Part shown: one piece after another, positions 9,477-18,061 of the stretch
Position numbering within the stretch: the first letter of the stretch is position 1
Layout: every line of letters starts with the position of its first letter
Origin: Candidatus Latescibacterota bacterium
Lineage (GTDB): Bacteria; Latescibacterota; UBA2968; GCA-2709665
DNA length: 64,000 bases
Assembly (NCBI GenBank): GCA_965116875.1
Contig: OZ220733.1
Span: forward strand, 2,784,001-2,848,000
Direction: 5' to 3'
The notes under the pieces: model-generated
Seen by the model: only the letters and a program-made list of their open reading frames with translations
Databases searched by the model: none
Told to the model about the DNA's origin: nothing
Made by a program: the position numbers and the translations under genes

Positions 9477-11444
9477 ATGACATCAAGGGAGAAATTTGCT
9501 TTTGCTTGCATTGTAGCGTCGCTGGCATTCGTTTCATTCATCGCCGCGGGCCTGGACGCGCATGCCGATCCTACGACATTGCAAGAGGGGACCGTCAATT
9601 CCGACGACGAAGACACGACATTCCTGCCGGATTTTGACGGCGACGGGACGGTCGATTTCAACGATTTTTCGCAGTTCGCGTCAAAATTCGGACGAAGGCA
9701 AGGCGATGACGACTTTGAGGCCCGGTTCGACCTGGATGGAGACGGGGAGATTGGGTTTTCTGACTTTGTGTCGTTTTCGCAAAATTTCGGGAAGGACTTT
9801 TCTTACGGGATGCTCCTGCCCTGGGATCTTTCCAGAATCGTGCCGATCGACTCAGTCAGGTCCACGCCGGTCGGTACGCGTGTCTTCATGCGGACCGAAT
9901 TCGACAAAGGCCGACTCGTCGACCTGGAGATGACGTTCATCCAGGTGGTGGACGATTTCCTGCCGCCCATGCCGGTCTATATGGTGGAAGCTTCCGATTC
10001 CGTGCTGGTGGCTCTGGGAGGCATCGCCAAGGGGATGAGCGGTTCCCCGATTTTTTCGCCGCAGGGCGTCTGGGGGGCGATCGCCTACGGTTTTAACGCA
10101 CAGGACAGCCCGCCCTACTACTTTTTCGCCACGCCCATCGAATGGGTCATCGGAGACAGGGGCACGGTTCCACTGGCCAAACGCGCGGCCGCGTGGGGCG
10201 AAAACAGTATCGTGCCCCTGGACGTGCCGCTGTTGAGCACCGGCCTTAACGGTCATCAGATTCTTCCCGAAGAGAGCCCGTCGCCCCTGAGCCACGCGGT
10301 CGCCGCCGGTCTGACAACACTGCGCCAGACGAGTTTTGCGCCCGGCAGACCGCTTGCGGTGGGTTTGCTGCTGGGCGAACTGACGCTCGGCGCCTTCGGG
10401 ACCATCTCCTTCCTGGACGGCGACAGGGTCTACGGATTCGGACATTCCATGGATGACGCCGGCCCGATCTCGCTGCCAATCATCGAGGCAGTGGTTCTGG
10501 GAGAAATCTCGAGTTTGTCGGCGCCGTACAAATTCGTGACGCTGAACCCGACGGTACGGGGAACGCTCACCGAAGACCGCATTCCCGCGGTGCGGGGAAT
10601 ACTCGGCGAAGAGCCGGAGCTTGCACCGATCCGAAGCGTGTATTCGTTTCCTTCCGGCGGAAAAGTTGAGCTACTTCATACGATGCCCACCGTTGGAGTC
10701 AGCCCGGATATGTCTGTCGATCTGGTCGTGCGTGGGTTTTTCAGACCGCTCCTGGGCAGGGTTGAGAACGATCCGGACCACAGCATCCGCGTAACGTCGA
10801 ATGTCTCATTCGACGTTACCGATTCCACGCTGACGCGAACCCGTCTCTTCGCCTCCCCGGAAGGACGGTTGTTTTCCCTGATCAGAAATGCGACCTCGGA
10901 CCTGTCCGTCTCGCTCGGCCGGTTGATGGGGAGGGACGACTACGCTTTGCAGGTGACGGAAGCCGGGGTCGACGTAGAGCTGATCGCAGAGCCCCGATAC
11001 GCCAGGATCCTCGAAGTGAACGCGGACACGGTCGCCAGCCCCGGGGACACGCTGGACGTTACCGCGTCGTTGCGGGTTGGGCGGCGGATCGATCGGGAGA
11101 TCGATCTGAGACTCGGCGTTCCCGAACAATTCCCCCCCGGTGTCTACAGTCTGGTCCTGGGTTCGGCCGCGGAGCTGGCGGCGGGCGGCGGACCGGGTTT
11201 CGGCCGATTCCCAATCCGGCAGACGCTGGAAGAAGCGATCGACGAGGTCAACAGCGCGGATCACAACGTCGTGCTGGAAGCCATGCTGACGTTCGATATG
11301 CCCTTCGGATCGCCCGGAGGTCAGGGACGTCCACCCGGTCAGGGGGGTGGCCCGCGGCCGTCCACCTCGGTACAGAAGGACGTCGATCTGGTCCTGCGTG
11401 GGCTGGAGAGCGTGTCCGTAAAGATCGTTGTACCGGCGGAGTAG
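9477..11444 (+). CDS. Secreted SpoIVB peptidase S55-like protein with N-terminal dockerin-like EF-hand pair (copy 2)
   Basis: Colinear paralog of 7159..9210; GIAKGMSGSPI, GFGHSM. Confidence 0.8.
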   Translation: MTSREKFAFACIVASLAFVSFIAAGLDAHADPTTLQEGTVNSDDEDTTFLPDFDGDGTVDFNDFSQFASKFGRRQGDDDFEARFDLDGDGEIGFSDFVSFSQNFGKDFSYGMLLPWDLSRIVPIDSVRSTPVGTRVFMRTEFDKGRLVDLEMTFIQVVDDFLPPMPVYMVEASDSVLVALGGIAKGMSGSPIFSPQGVWGAIAYGFNAQDSPPYYFFATPIEWVIGDRGTVPLAKRAAAWGENSIVPLDVPLLSTGLNGHQILPEESPSPLSHAVAAGLTTLRQTSFAPGRPLAVGLLLGELTLGAFGTISFLDGDRVYGFGHSMDDAGPISLPIIEAVVLGEISSLSAPYKFVTLNPTVRGTLTEDRIPAVRGILGEEPELAPIRSVYSFPSGGKVELLHTMPTVGVSPDMSVDLVVRGFFRPLLGRVENDPDHSIRVTSNVSFDVTDSTLTRTRLFASPEGRLFSLIRNATSDLSVSLGRLMGRDDYALQVTEAGVDVELIAEPRYARILEVNADTVASPGDTLDVTASLRVGRRIDREIDLRLGVPEQFPPGVYSLVLGSAAELAAGGGPGFGRFPIRQTLEEAIDEVNSADHNVVLEAMLTFDMPFGSPGGQGRPPGQGGGPRPSTSVQKDVDLVLRGLESVSVKIVVPAE

Positions 11445-11448
11445 TGAT

Positions 11449-12495
11449 ATGGAGGACGTTGATATCCTGAATAACGACATAGGGATTGGAATTATCGGCG
11501 GCGGGAAAGCGGGGCGGAATTTTGCCCTGGCCATCCGGTCGTGCGCGGGCGCCGAGGTGCGAATGTTCTGCACGCGGAACGAGGACTCGGCACGGGCGGC
11601 GGCGGAATCATGTGGTGTTCCAGGATGGACCGCCAGCTATCCCGAGATGTTGCGGGATCCGGATATCCACGCGGTCATTGTCGCCACGCCCGATGAGTTT
11701 CACTGCGAGCACACGGTCCTGGCCGCCGGGGCGAAAAAACACGTGCTGTGCGAGAAGCCGATGTGCCGCTCTCCCGAAGAGGCCGATCAGATGATCCGGA
11801 AGACGCGGGAGAACGGCGTAATCCTGATGGTGGGGTTCACCGAACGGTACAGCCACCCGTGTATGGAAGCCAGGAGGCGGATCGATGCAGGCGAGATCGG
11901 CACGCCCCGGATGATGCTCGCCAGGAGGTGCCATCCGCATTCCGTGCTGAGAGGCCGGGCGTGGGTGAACGACGAGGAGACCGGCGGGGTCCTGAACTAT
12001 GCCGGACCGCACAATATCGACCTGATCTGCTGGCTGATGGGCGGGCCTCCCGAGCGCGTGTACGCGGAGATGGGACAGCTCATCCTGAAAGACCAGGACT
12101 TCACGGATTGCGCGGTGATGACGTTCAGGTTCCCCAACGGGTCCATCGCGACGCTCTACGAGACCTTTGCATACCCGGGGACCTATCCCCATGGCGTGGA
12201 CCGGAACATCGAGATTCTGGGAGACCGGGGCGTCCTGCACGTGGATTTCATGTCCCAGCCCCTGAAGGCGTTTACGGATTCCGGCTACCAGGTGGCCGAT
12301 TCGGTGACGTGGCCGATGGGGGAACGGGGCATCCAGGGAACGCTGCAGGCCGAAGTCGAGCATTTCATCGGATGCGTACGAGAGGGAAAAACGCCGCTGA
12401 CAACGGGCGAAGACGGCAAACTGGCCATGAGAATCGCACTTGCGGCAAGAGAGGCGGCCAGTTCCGGCAAGGCAATACCAATCCAGGACGCGTAA
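11449..12495 (+). CDS. Gfo/Idh/MocA family oxidoreductase
   Basis: GIIGGGKAG Rossmann motif, VATPDEFH, HVLCEKP, GGVLNYAGPHNID. Confidence 0.9.
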   Translation: MEDVDILNNDIGIGIIGGGKAGRNFALAIRSCAGAEVRMFCTRNEDSARAAAESCGVPGWTASYPEMLRDPDIHAVIVATPDEFHCEHTVLAAGAKKHVLCEKPMCRSPEEADQMIRKTRENGVILMVGFTERYSHPCMEARRRIDAGEIGTPRMMLARRCHPHSVLRGRAWVNDEETGGVLNYAGPHNIDLICWLMGGPPERVYAEMGQLILKDQDFTDCAVMTFRFPNGSIATLYETFAYPGTYPHGVDRNIEILGDRGVLHVDFMSQPLKAFTDSGYQVADSVTWPMGERGIQGTLQAEVEHFIGCVREGKTPLTTGEDGKLAMRIALAAREAASSGKAIPIQDA

Positions 12496-12526
12496 GTGAA
12501 TCGCTGGAATGCGCTCGGAGGTGAAG

Positions 12527-15500
12527 ATGATGTTGCCTGTCGTGCAGGATGCGCCGGTCCCGCGGCCGGGACGGTCCATCTGGTACACGGTGGATGCGAT
12601 TCGGAGGGCGCGGGAGAATATCCGTACCCATGCGTGGGCAGAAAGAGAGTGGGCGCGTATCAGCGCGGTTGCGGAGAAGTGGGTTCGGATGACTGACGAC
12701 CAGATACACGCACTGGTACCGGCCCGGGGGTCGATTTTCTGCAGCGGGCGGAACGGGAGCCCCTGCTGCAAGGCGGCCTGGCGGTGCGACGTGTCGCAGC
12801 CCGAAAAGGCGTACTGCGAGGCGTGTGGAAGGGAGTATCCCGAGACTCGCAAGGGGTCTCCGTTTCGGGACGAAGGACACGGTTTCTATTACGAGGGGAA
12901 ATGGTTTGCGCCGGTGCCCGTGTGGAACAGCTTTATTGTCAGTATGCTGAGTACCTATTCGTACGGGTCGGGCGGCCCCACGGATAACGCACTGTTGAAT
13001 CTGGCACTGGCCTACGCGATTACGGGCGAGACCCGATTCGGTGAAAAGGCGCTGTTCATTTACGATGCGCTGGCCACACTGGCGCCCACAACGATCGGTC
13101 CGCTGGATATTCCCGAGGGTCAGGAGCGGGAGATGGGTCGCATGCACGCGGAAACCTGCCACGTCAACCGGCAGCGCTTCGTGGACATGCAGGCGTACGA
13201 CCTGATCTCCGGTCTTCCGGCAATGGACGAGGTTTCGCCCTCGCGGGAGAACGGGCGCACAAGCATCCGGGAGAATATCGCCGGGGGGATGCTGGAAGAC
13301 TACGTGATGACGGAGGGCGGCGGGTACAATCTGCGCGAAGGAAATCTCACGCACTTCCAGAATCACGAACTGGACGGATTCCGGGCGCTGCTGTCCATCG
13401 GACTGGCGACGGACAGGCCCGATTTCATCACGTGGGCGGGCAGCGCGTTCCGGTCCTTTCTGGACAACGTGATCGGCCGGGACGGGGGGTACTACGAGAA
13501 CTCCGAGATGTACGCGTACTTCTCCGGTACGCTGATGCAGGACGTGGCGGAGTTGATGTACCACTACGATCCCGCCAGGTACGCGTCGTCCGAAGAATAC
13601 CCGAGGGCGGAAACGCTGATGGGGATCAGAAACGCATTCGATCACCCCCGCCTCGTCCGGCTGTGCCTGGAATACCCGGAGCTGACGCGGGCGTGCGGGC
13701 GCATCCCGTCTTATGGAAACACGAACGCGCTCCCGGGTTACCGGCCGCCTTCGGAACGGCAGGTGATGCCCTCGCAATGGTCTCTGCTGGAGCGGCTCTA
13801 CACTCGGAGTGACGACGCCGGAACGAGGCTCCGGGCGAAGGAACTGATGCTGGACCTGTCGGACGGCGCGGCGGAAAACGTCCGCAACGGCGCCTGGGCG
13901 CTGTTCAATTCGGAACCCGGGCCTGCCGGGGAAGGGCGGGCCGGTCCGCAATCCGCCTCTTCGTTCGCCGGTCACAAGGGCGTGGTGGTACTCCGCAGCG
14001 GCGCCGGCGACCGGTCGCGGGCGCTGGTTGTGCGGGGGGGCGCGAATCTGCTCTCACAGGACGACCAGTTGGCGGTTTTCCTGTACGACAGGGGCAGGAC
14101 GGTCATCGAAGACGTGGGGTACGCACTGGCCGGTTCGCAGGTGCACAAAGGATGGGGCATGCGGGCGATCTCCCACGCGATGGTGACGGTGGACGAGGAC
14201 ATTCCCACGTCCCAGGGCTACGAATTCGTACCGAGTGCGGACCTGGTCGCCTTCGAGGACCTGGGCGACGTGAAGGTGGCGGAATATTCGGCGCCGCTTT
14301 CACGCGTTCACCAGGGCGCAACCGGGTACCGCCGGGCGCTGGTCTTCTGCGACGTGGATGAGGCAACGTCCTATACGCTGGACCTGTTCCTGGTGGCCGG
14401 GGGGCGCATCCACGACTACGCGATGAACGGGCCCAGGTTCTTCGAAGAGGACTCCGGGTCGTATTCGCTGGAAGGCGTCTCGCCCCGGGCCGTCCCGGGG
14501 GTCTGGACACTTGCGGCGCTGGGGACGATGGACGGCTCCGAGGAGGCGAACGCGCCAGGCAGGAGTTGGGGGGAGCGGATCGGCCCGAACGACCGCATTC
14601 AGGGCGTGGCCGCCCCGGATGGAAGCCCGTTGCCCTACGGGTGGCTGCCGCCCCCCGGGAACGGGTACGCGTTCATCCACGACGTCAGGACCGCCCCGCT
14701 GGATCGCGACGCGTACGCTCGCTGGCGGTTCGGAGATGCGCGGGATACCCGGTTCGGCGTCTGGTTTCCCGCCGATCCTTCAGCGACGCTGGTGGCAGCG
14801 AAGGGTCCCGATCTGCGAGGCGCGCAGCAGATCCACCGTCTGATCGTTCGGAGGGAAGGCGAGAACCTGAAGAGCCTCTTCGTCAGTGTATTCGAGGCTC
14901 ATTCCGGGTCGCGCAGCGTGACGGGCGTAAAGGTGCTTGCGCGAGAGGAGGAAGCAGGGAGCGCGGCCGTGCGGGTCGAACTGGCGGACGGCCGGCGGGA
15001 CACGCATCTGTTTTCAAGGTCCGGCCGGATGGAACTGCGTGACGGCGACGGGGTACCGATCGCGCTTGAGGGACGGTTCGGCGTTGTTCGCGAACGGAAC
15101 GGCGAGGCGGCGCTTCACCTCGTGGAAGGGACGAGACTGCGGTATGGGAGCACCGAAACGCGGCTCTCCCGGGCGGTCTTCGACGCACGAATCATGGAGC
15201 TGGACGCCGATGGGGAATCCGTCACGATCGACCGGAGTCTCCCGGACGGTTTGCCGCTGGACGGGCGCCTGTGCCGGGTGGAATCGGGCGAGGCGGAAAC
15301 GCCCTATTCTCACGGCTCCGCATATCGGATTGCCGCCGCGGAGGACGGGAGGAACGCCCGTCTCCTCCTGCAGCACGGCGATCCCCGGCTGGTGAGAGGC
15401 AAGATTGTCTCGGTCGAGCCCCCGGACGTTCTGGTCTGCGACGTGCCGCTCGCGTTTGCATGGGGGTTCAACAACAGTGGGGACAAGGGTGAATACAGGG

Positions 15501-15691
15501 GAAAGCAGTTGCGTACGGAGGACGGCGCCTTCGCGTCGCGAATCGTCGAACTGCTTGCATTCAAGAAGATCCGGCTGGAAACTGTGGCAGGACTGCGGGC
15601 GGGGAGCCGGTTCGAAATCCTGGACTTCAAGCCCGGCGATCGGATTTCGATTCCGAATTCCGGCAGCGAATGCCTGGATCGGCGGGGCTGA
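12527..15691 (+). CDS. Large heparinase II/III-like (lyase-fold) protein with N-terminal Cys cluster
   Basis: Motifs LALAYAITGETRF, QNH, DGGYYENSEMY, IPSYGN, VVVLRSG, EDVGY, SHAMVTVDE; CEACG Cys cluster. No signal peptide. GGAGG RBS before 12527. Confidence 0.7.
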   Translation: MMLPVVQDAPVPRPGRSIWYTVDAIRRARENIRTHAWAEREWARISAVAEKWVRMTDDQIHALVPARGSIFCSGRNGSPCCKAAWRCDVSQPEKAYCEACGREYPETRKGSPFRDEGHGFYYEGKWFAPVPVWNSFIVSMLSTYSYGSGGPTDNALLNLALAYAITGETRFGEKALFIYDALATLAPTTIGPLDIPEGQEREMGRMHAETCHVNRQRFVDMQAYDLISGLPAMDEVSPSRENGRTSIRENIAGGMLEDYVMTEGGGYNLREGNLTHFQNHELDGFRALLSIGLATDRPDFITWAGSAFRSFLDNVIGRDGGYYENSEMYAYFSGTLMQDVAELMYHYDPARYASSEEYPRAETLMGIRNAFDHPRLVRLCLEYPELTRACGRIPSYGNTNALPGYRPPSERQVMPSQWSLLERLYTRSDDAGTRLRAKELMLDLSDGAAENVRNGAWALFNSEPGPAGEGRAGPQSASSFAGHKGVVVLRSGAGDRSRALVVRGGANLLSQDDQLAVFLYDRGRTVIEDVGYALAGSQVHKGWGMRAISHAMVTVDEDIPTSQGYEFVPSADLVAFEDLGDVKVAEYSAPLSRVHQGATGYRRALVFCDVDEATSYTLDLFLVAGGRIHDYAMNGPRFFEEDSGSYSLEGVSPRAVPGVWTLAALGTMDGSEEANAPGRSWGERIGPNDRIQGVAAPDGSPLPYGWLPPPGNGYAFIHDVRTAPLDRDAYARWRFGDARDTRFGVWFPADPSATLVAAKGPDLRGAQQIHRLIVRREGENLKSLFVSVFEAHSGSRSVTGVKVLAREEEAGSAAVRVELADGRRDTHLFSRSGRMELRDGDGVPIALEGRFGVVRERNGEAALHLVEGTRLRYGSTETRLSRAVFDARIMELDADGESVTIDRSLPDGLPLDGRLCRVESGEAETPYSHGSAYRIAAAEDGRNARLLLQHGDPRLVRGKIVSVEPPDVLVCDVPLAFAWGFNNSGDKGEYRGKQLRTEDGAFASRIVELLAFKKIRLETVAGLRAGSRFEILDFKPGDRISIPNSGSECLDRRG

Positions 15692-15774
15692 AGAACGGTC
15701 AAAAACGGATGGGGGAATGCCGCCGCGAGGCTTGATCACACGGTTCGGAGTTCGGATGTGGAGGCCCTTTCCCC

Positions 15775-15802
15775 TTGAAAATTCGAGATATTTCCATATT
15801 AT
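15775..15802 (+). promoter_or_regulatory. Candidate sigma70 promoter for the membrane-protein operon
   Basis: TTGAAA-16 nt-TATTAT in an AT-rich patch about 110 nt upstream of 15913. Confidence 0.45.
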
Positions 15803-15912
15803 GCGCGGTGTCGTTTCCCCTTTTCCGTTGCAGTCGGGACGGCAGGCCGTCCGGGTGTTGGTACACGTGAGAGTTCAACCCGGTTTCGGCGCCTGAAAAC
15901 CTGGAGAGGGAT

Positions 15913-17877
15913 ATGCAACAGACGCAACCGGATTCGATTCCTGAAACGGCGTCAGGCCTGGAACGACGCGGCGTAACCATGCGGGCGGTGGCGATCGGGC
16001 TCGGCGTCGCTCTGTTCATACAGGGCTGGGGCATCTTTTCCAGCCGGGTGATCCGGTCGTCCGGCGTGACGTCCGGATTTCTTTCGCCCGCACTGTTTAT
16101 CGCGATCCTACTCGTCCTGTTCGTCCTGAATCCCTTCCTGAGGCGGGTCGTTCGGTCCGCGGGGCTCAGCCTCGCGGAGATCCTGACGATATTCGCGATG
16201 GGACTGATGGGCGGCGCGCCCATCGCGGCATTGTATGCCTTCATCACCATACCGTACTACCTGGCCACTCCGGAAAACCAGTGGGGCGCGCTTCTTCACC
16301 CGCACCTGCCTTCGTGGGTCGCGCCCCTCGACGTGGACGGCGCCGTTACGCTCCTGTTCAACGGCCTGCCGGGCGGTCAGGGCGCGATTCCATGGGGGGC
16401 GTGGGTCGTGCCCATGTTCTGGTGGGTGCTGCTGTTCTGCGTGCTGGCGTTCGCCGCGGCTTCGCTTTCGGTGATCCTCCGGAAACAATGGGTGGAACAC
16501 GAGCGGTTGAGATACCCGGTGCTGGAGCCGATCGTGGAGATGGCCTCCGGCTCCGATACGGGCGGTCTGTGGCCGAAATTCGCCCGGGGCAAGCTGTTCT
16601 GGTTCGGGGCGGGGTTCGCGTTCGTCTTTATCTTCTGGAATGCGCTGCCCTGGATCTCCCCCGCCTTTCCCGAGATGCCGGTTCGGGGGCGGGTGTACGC
16701 CTTCTTCGGGCGGGATATGCCGCCGATGTTCAGCTATATCGATCCGTTCACGTTCGCGTTTTCCTATTTCGCGAATCTGGACGTTCTGTTCAGCGTGTGG
16801 TTCTTCTTCGCCGTGTTCGTGCTGGAATTCGGGATTTTCAACCGGCTGGGCTACAGTATCGGAGGGCGCGGCGACCGGTACGGTTCCTATGACGCGGCAT
16901 CAAGCTGGCAGGGCCTGGGCGCGTTCTGCGTCTTCGTGCTGTTCGGTCTGTGGATGGCCAGGCGCCACCTGAAAGACGTTGTGATGAAGGCCTGGCGGTC
17001 CGACCACTCCGTGGACGATTCCGGTGAGATGCTGTCGTACCGCACCGCGGTTGTCGGCATTCTGTTGGGCTTCGTGTTCACGGTCGTGTGGCTGAACCGG
17101 GCGGGCATGGACCTGCAGATGGCCATCCCGCTGGTGGCGATGCTGTTTGTTCTCTACATCGGCGTGGCGCGGATTATCGCCGAATCGGGCCTCCTGTACG
17201 TGCAGGGCCCAATGACCGCCCAGAGTTTTTCGGTCTATCTGCTGGGGGCCAAAGCCGTGTCGCCGTCCAGCCTGACCACGCTCCTGTTTTCCTACCCGAT
17301 CCACGCGAATTCGACCTCGCAGATGTCTCACGTGGCCAAGGTGGGCGAACAGGTCCGGGATCGCGGAAGGCGCCTGTTCTGGGCAGTGGGCCTGTCCTTT
17401 CTGGCGACGACAATGGTCGTGATCATCGGGACGCTTTTTCTGGGCTATACCCGCGGCGCCGAGAATTTCGGACACGGCTTCATCTGCGGGGGCGTCCATA
17501 ATTTTCCGGATACCGTGAGCAAGATCAAGGAGCCGTTCGACGTCGACTGGAACCGGATCATGTTCTTTGGTATCGGCGCCGCGGTGATGGTGGTCCTTAC
17601 GTTCCTCCGCTACCGGTTCCCGTGGTGGCCGATCCACCCGGTGGGGTTCGCCATTATGGGTACGGATCTGGTACGGAATTTTGCGCTGACCCTGTTTCTG
17701 GCGTGGTCGTGCAAGACGGTTATCCTGCGGGTTGGCGGGAACTCACTGTTTCGGCAGGCGCAGCCGTTTTTCCTCGGCCTGCTTGTGGGGCACGTCCTTG
17801 GGATAACCGGGGCATTTCTCGTGGACATGTTCATGTTCCCCGGAGCCGGGCACAGCATCCATCCGTGGATCGAATAG
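15913..17877 (+). CDS. DUF6785/DUF6784-like multi-pass membrane protein (putative oligomer transporter)
   Basis: Many TM segments; PYYLATPENQW, IPWGAWVVP, RKQWVEHERLRYP, RIIAESG, WWPIHPVG, QPFFLGL. Confidence 0.8.
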   Translation: MQQTQPDSIPETASGLERRGVTMRAVAIGLGVALFIQGWGIFSSRVIRSSGVTSGFLSPALFIAILLVLFVLNPFLRRVVRSAGLSLAEILTIFAMGLMGGAPIAALYAFITIPYYLATPENQWGALLHPHLPSWVAPLDVDGAVTLLFNGLPGGQGAIPWGAWVVPMFWWVLLFCVLAFAAASLSVILRKQWVEHERLRYPVLEPIVEMASGSDTGGLWPKFARGKLFWFGAGFAFVFIFWNALPWISPAFPEMPVRGRVYAFFGRDMPPMFSYIDPFTFAFSYFANLDVLFSVWFFFAVFVLEFGIFNRLGYSIGGRGDRYGSYDAASSWQGLGAFCVFVLFGLWMARRHLKDVVMKAWRSDHSVDDSGEMLSYRTAVVGILLGFVFTVVWLNRAGMDLQMAIPLVAMLFVLYIGVARIIAESGLLYVQGPMTAQSFSVYLLGAKAVSPSSLTTLLFSYPIHANSTSQMSHVAKVGEQVRDRGRRLFWAVGLSFLATTMVVIIGTLFLGYTRGAENFGHGFICGGVHNFPDTVSKIKEPFDVDWNRIMFFGIGAAVMVVLTFLRYRFPWWPIHPVGFAIMGTDLVRNFALTLFLAWSCKTVILRVGGNSLFRQAQPFFLGLLVGHVLGITGAFLVDMFMFPGAGHSIHPWIE

Positions 17878-17887
17878 ACTGACGTAA

Positions 17888-18049
17888 GAAGCTGTCTTAA
17901 AATTACCGGTGCGTTCCCGAGCGCGAGCGAAAAAGCGGCGGTCAAGGCGGGAAAAGCCGCCCATATTTGTCTATACGGGTGGATTTGACCAACGCCGACC
18001 GGCGCTTTTGCAGCCGCGCAAAGACCGCTGGGAATTTTAACACAGCTTC
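17888..18049. mobile_element. 162-bp MITE with 17-bp terminal inverted repeats and TAA target duplication
   Basis: gaagctgtcttaaaatt (17888-17904) and aattttaacacagcttc (18033-18049) are 16/17 complementary. TAA lies on both flanks. There is also an internal inverted pair. Confidence 0.7.
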
Positions 18050-18061
18050 TAAGGGTGAACG

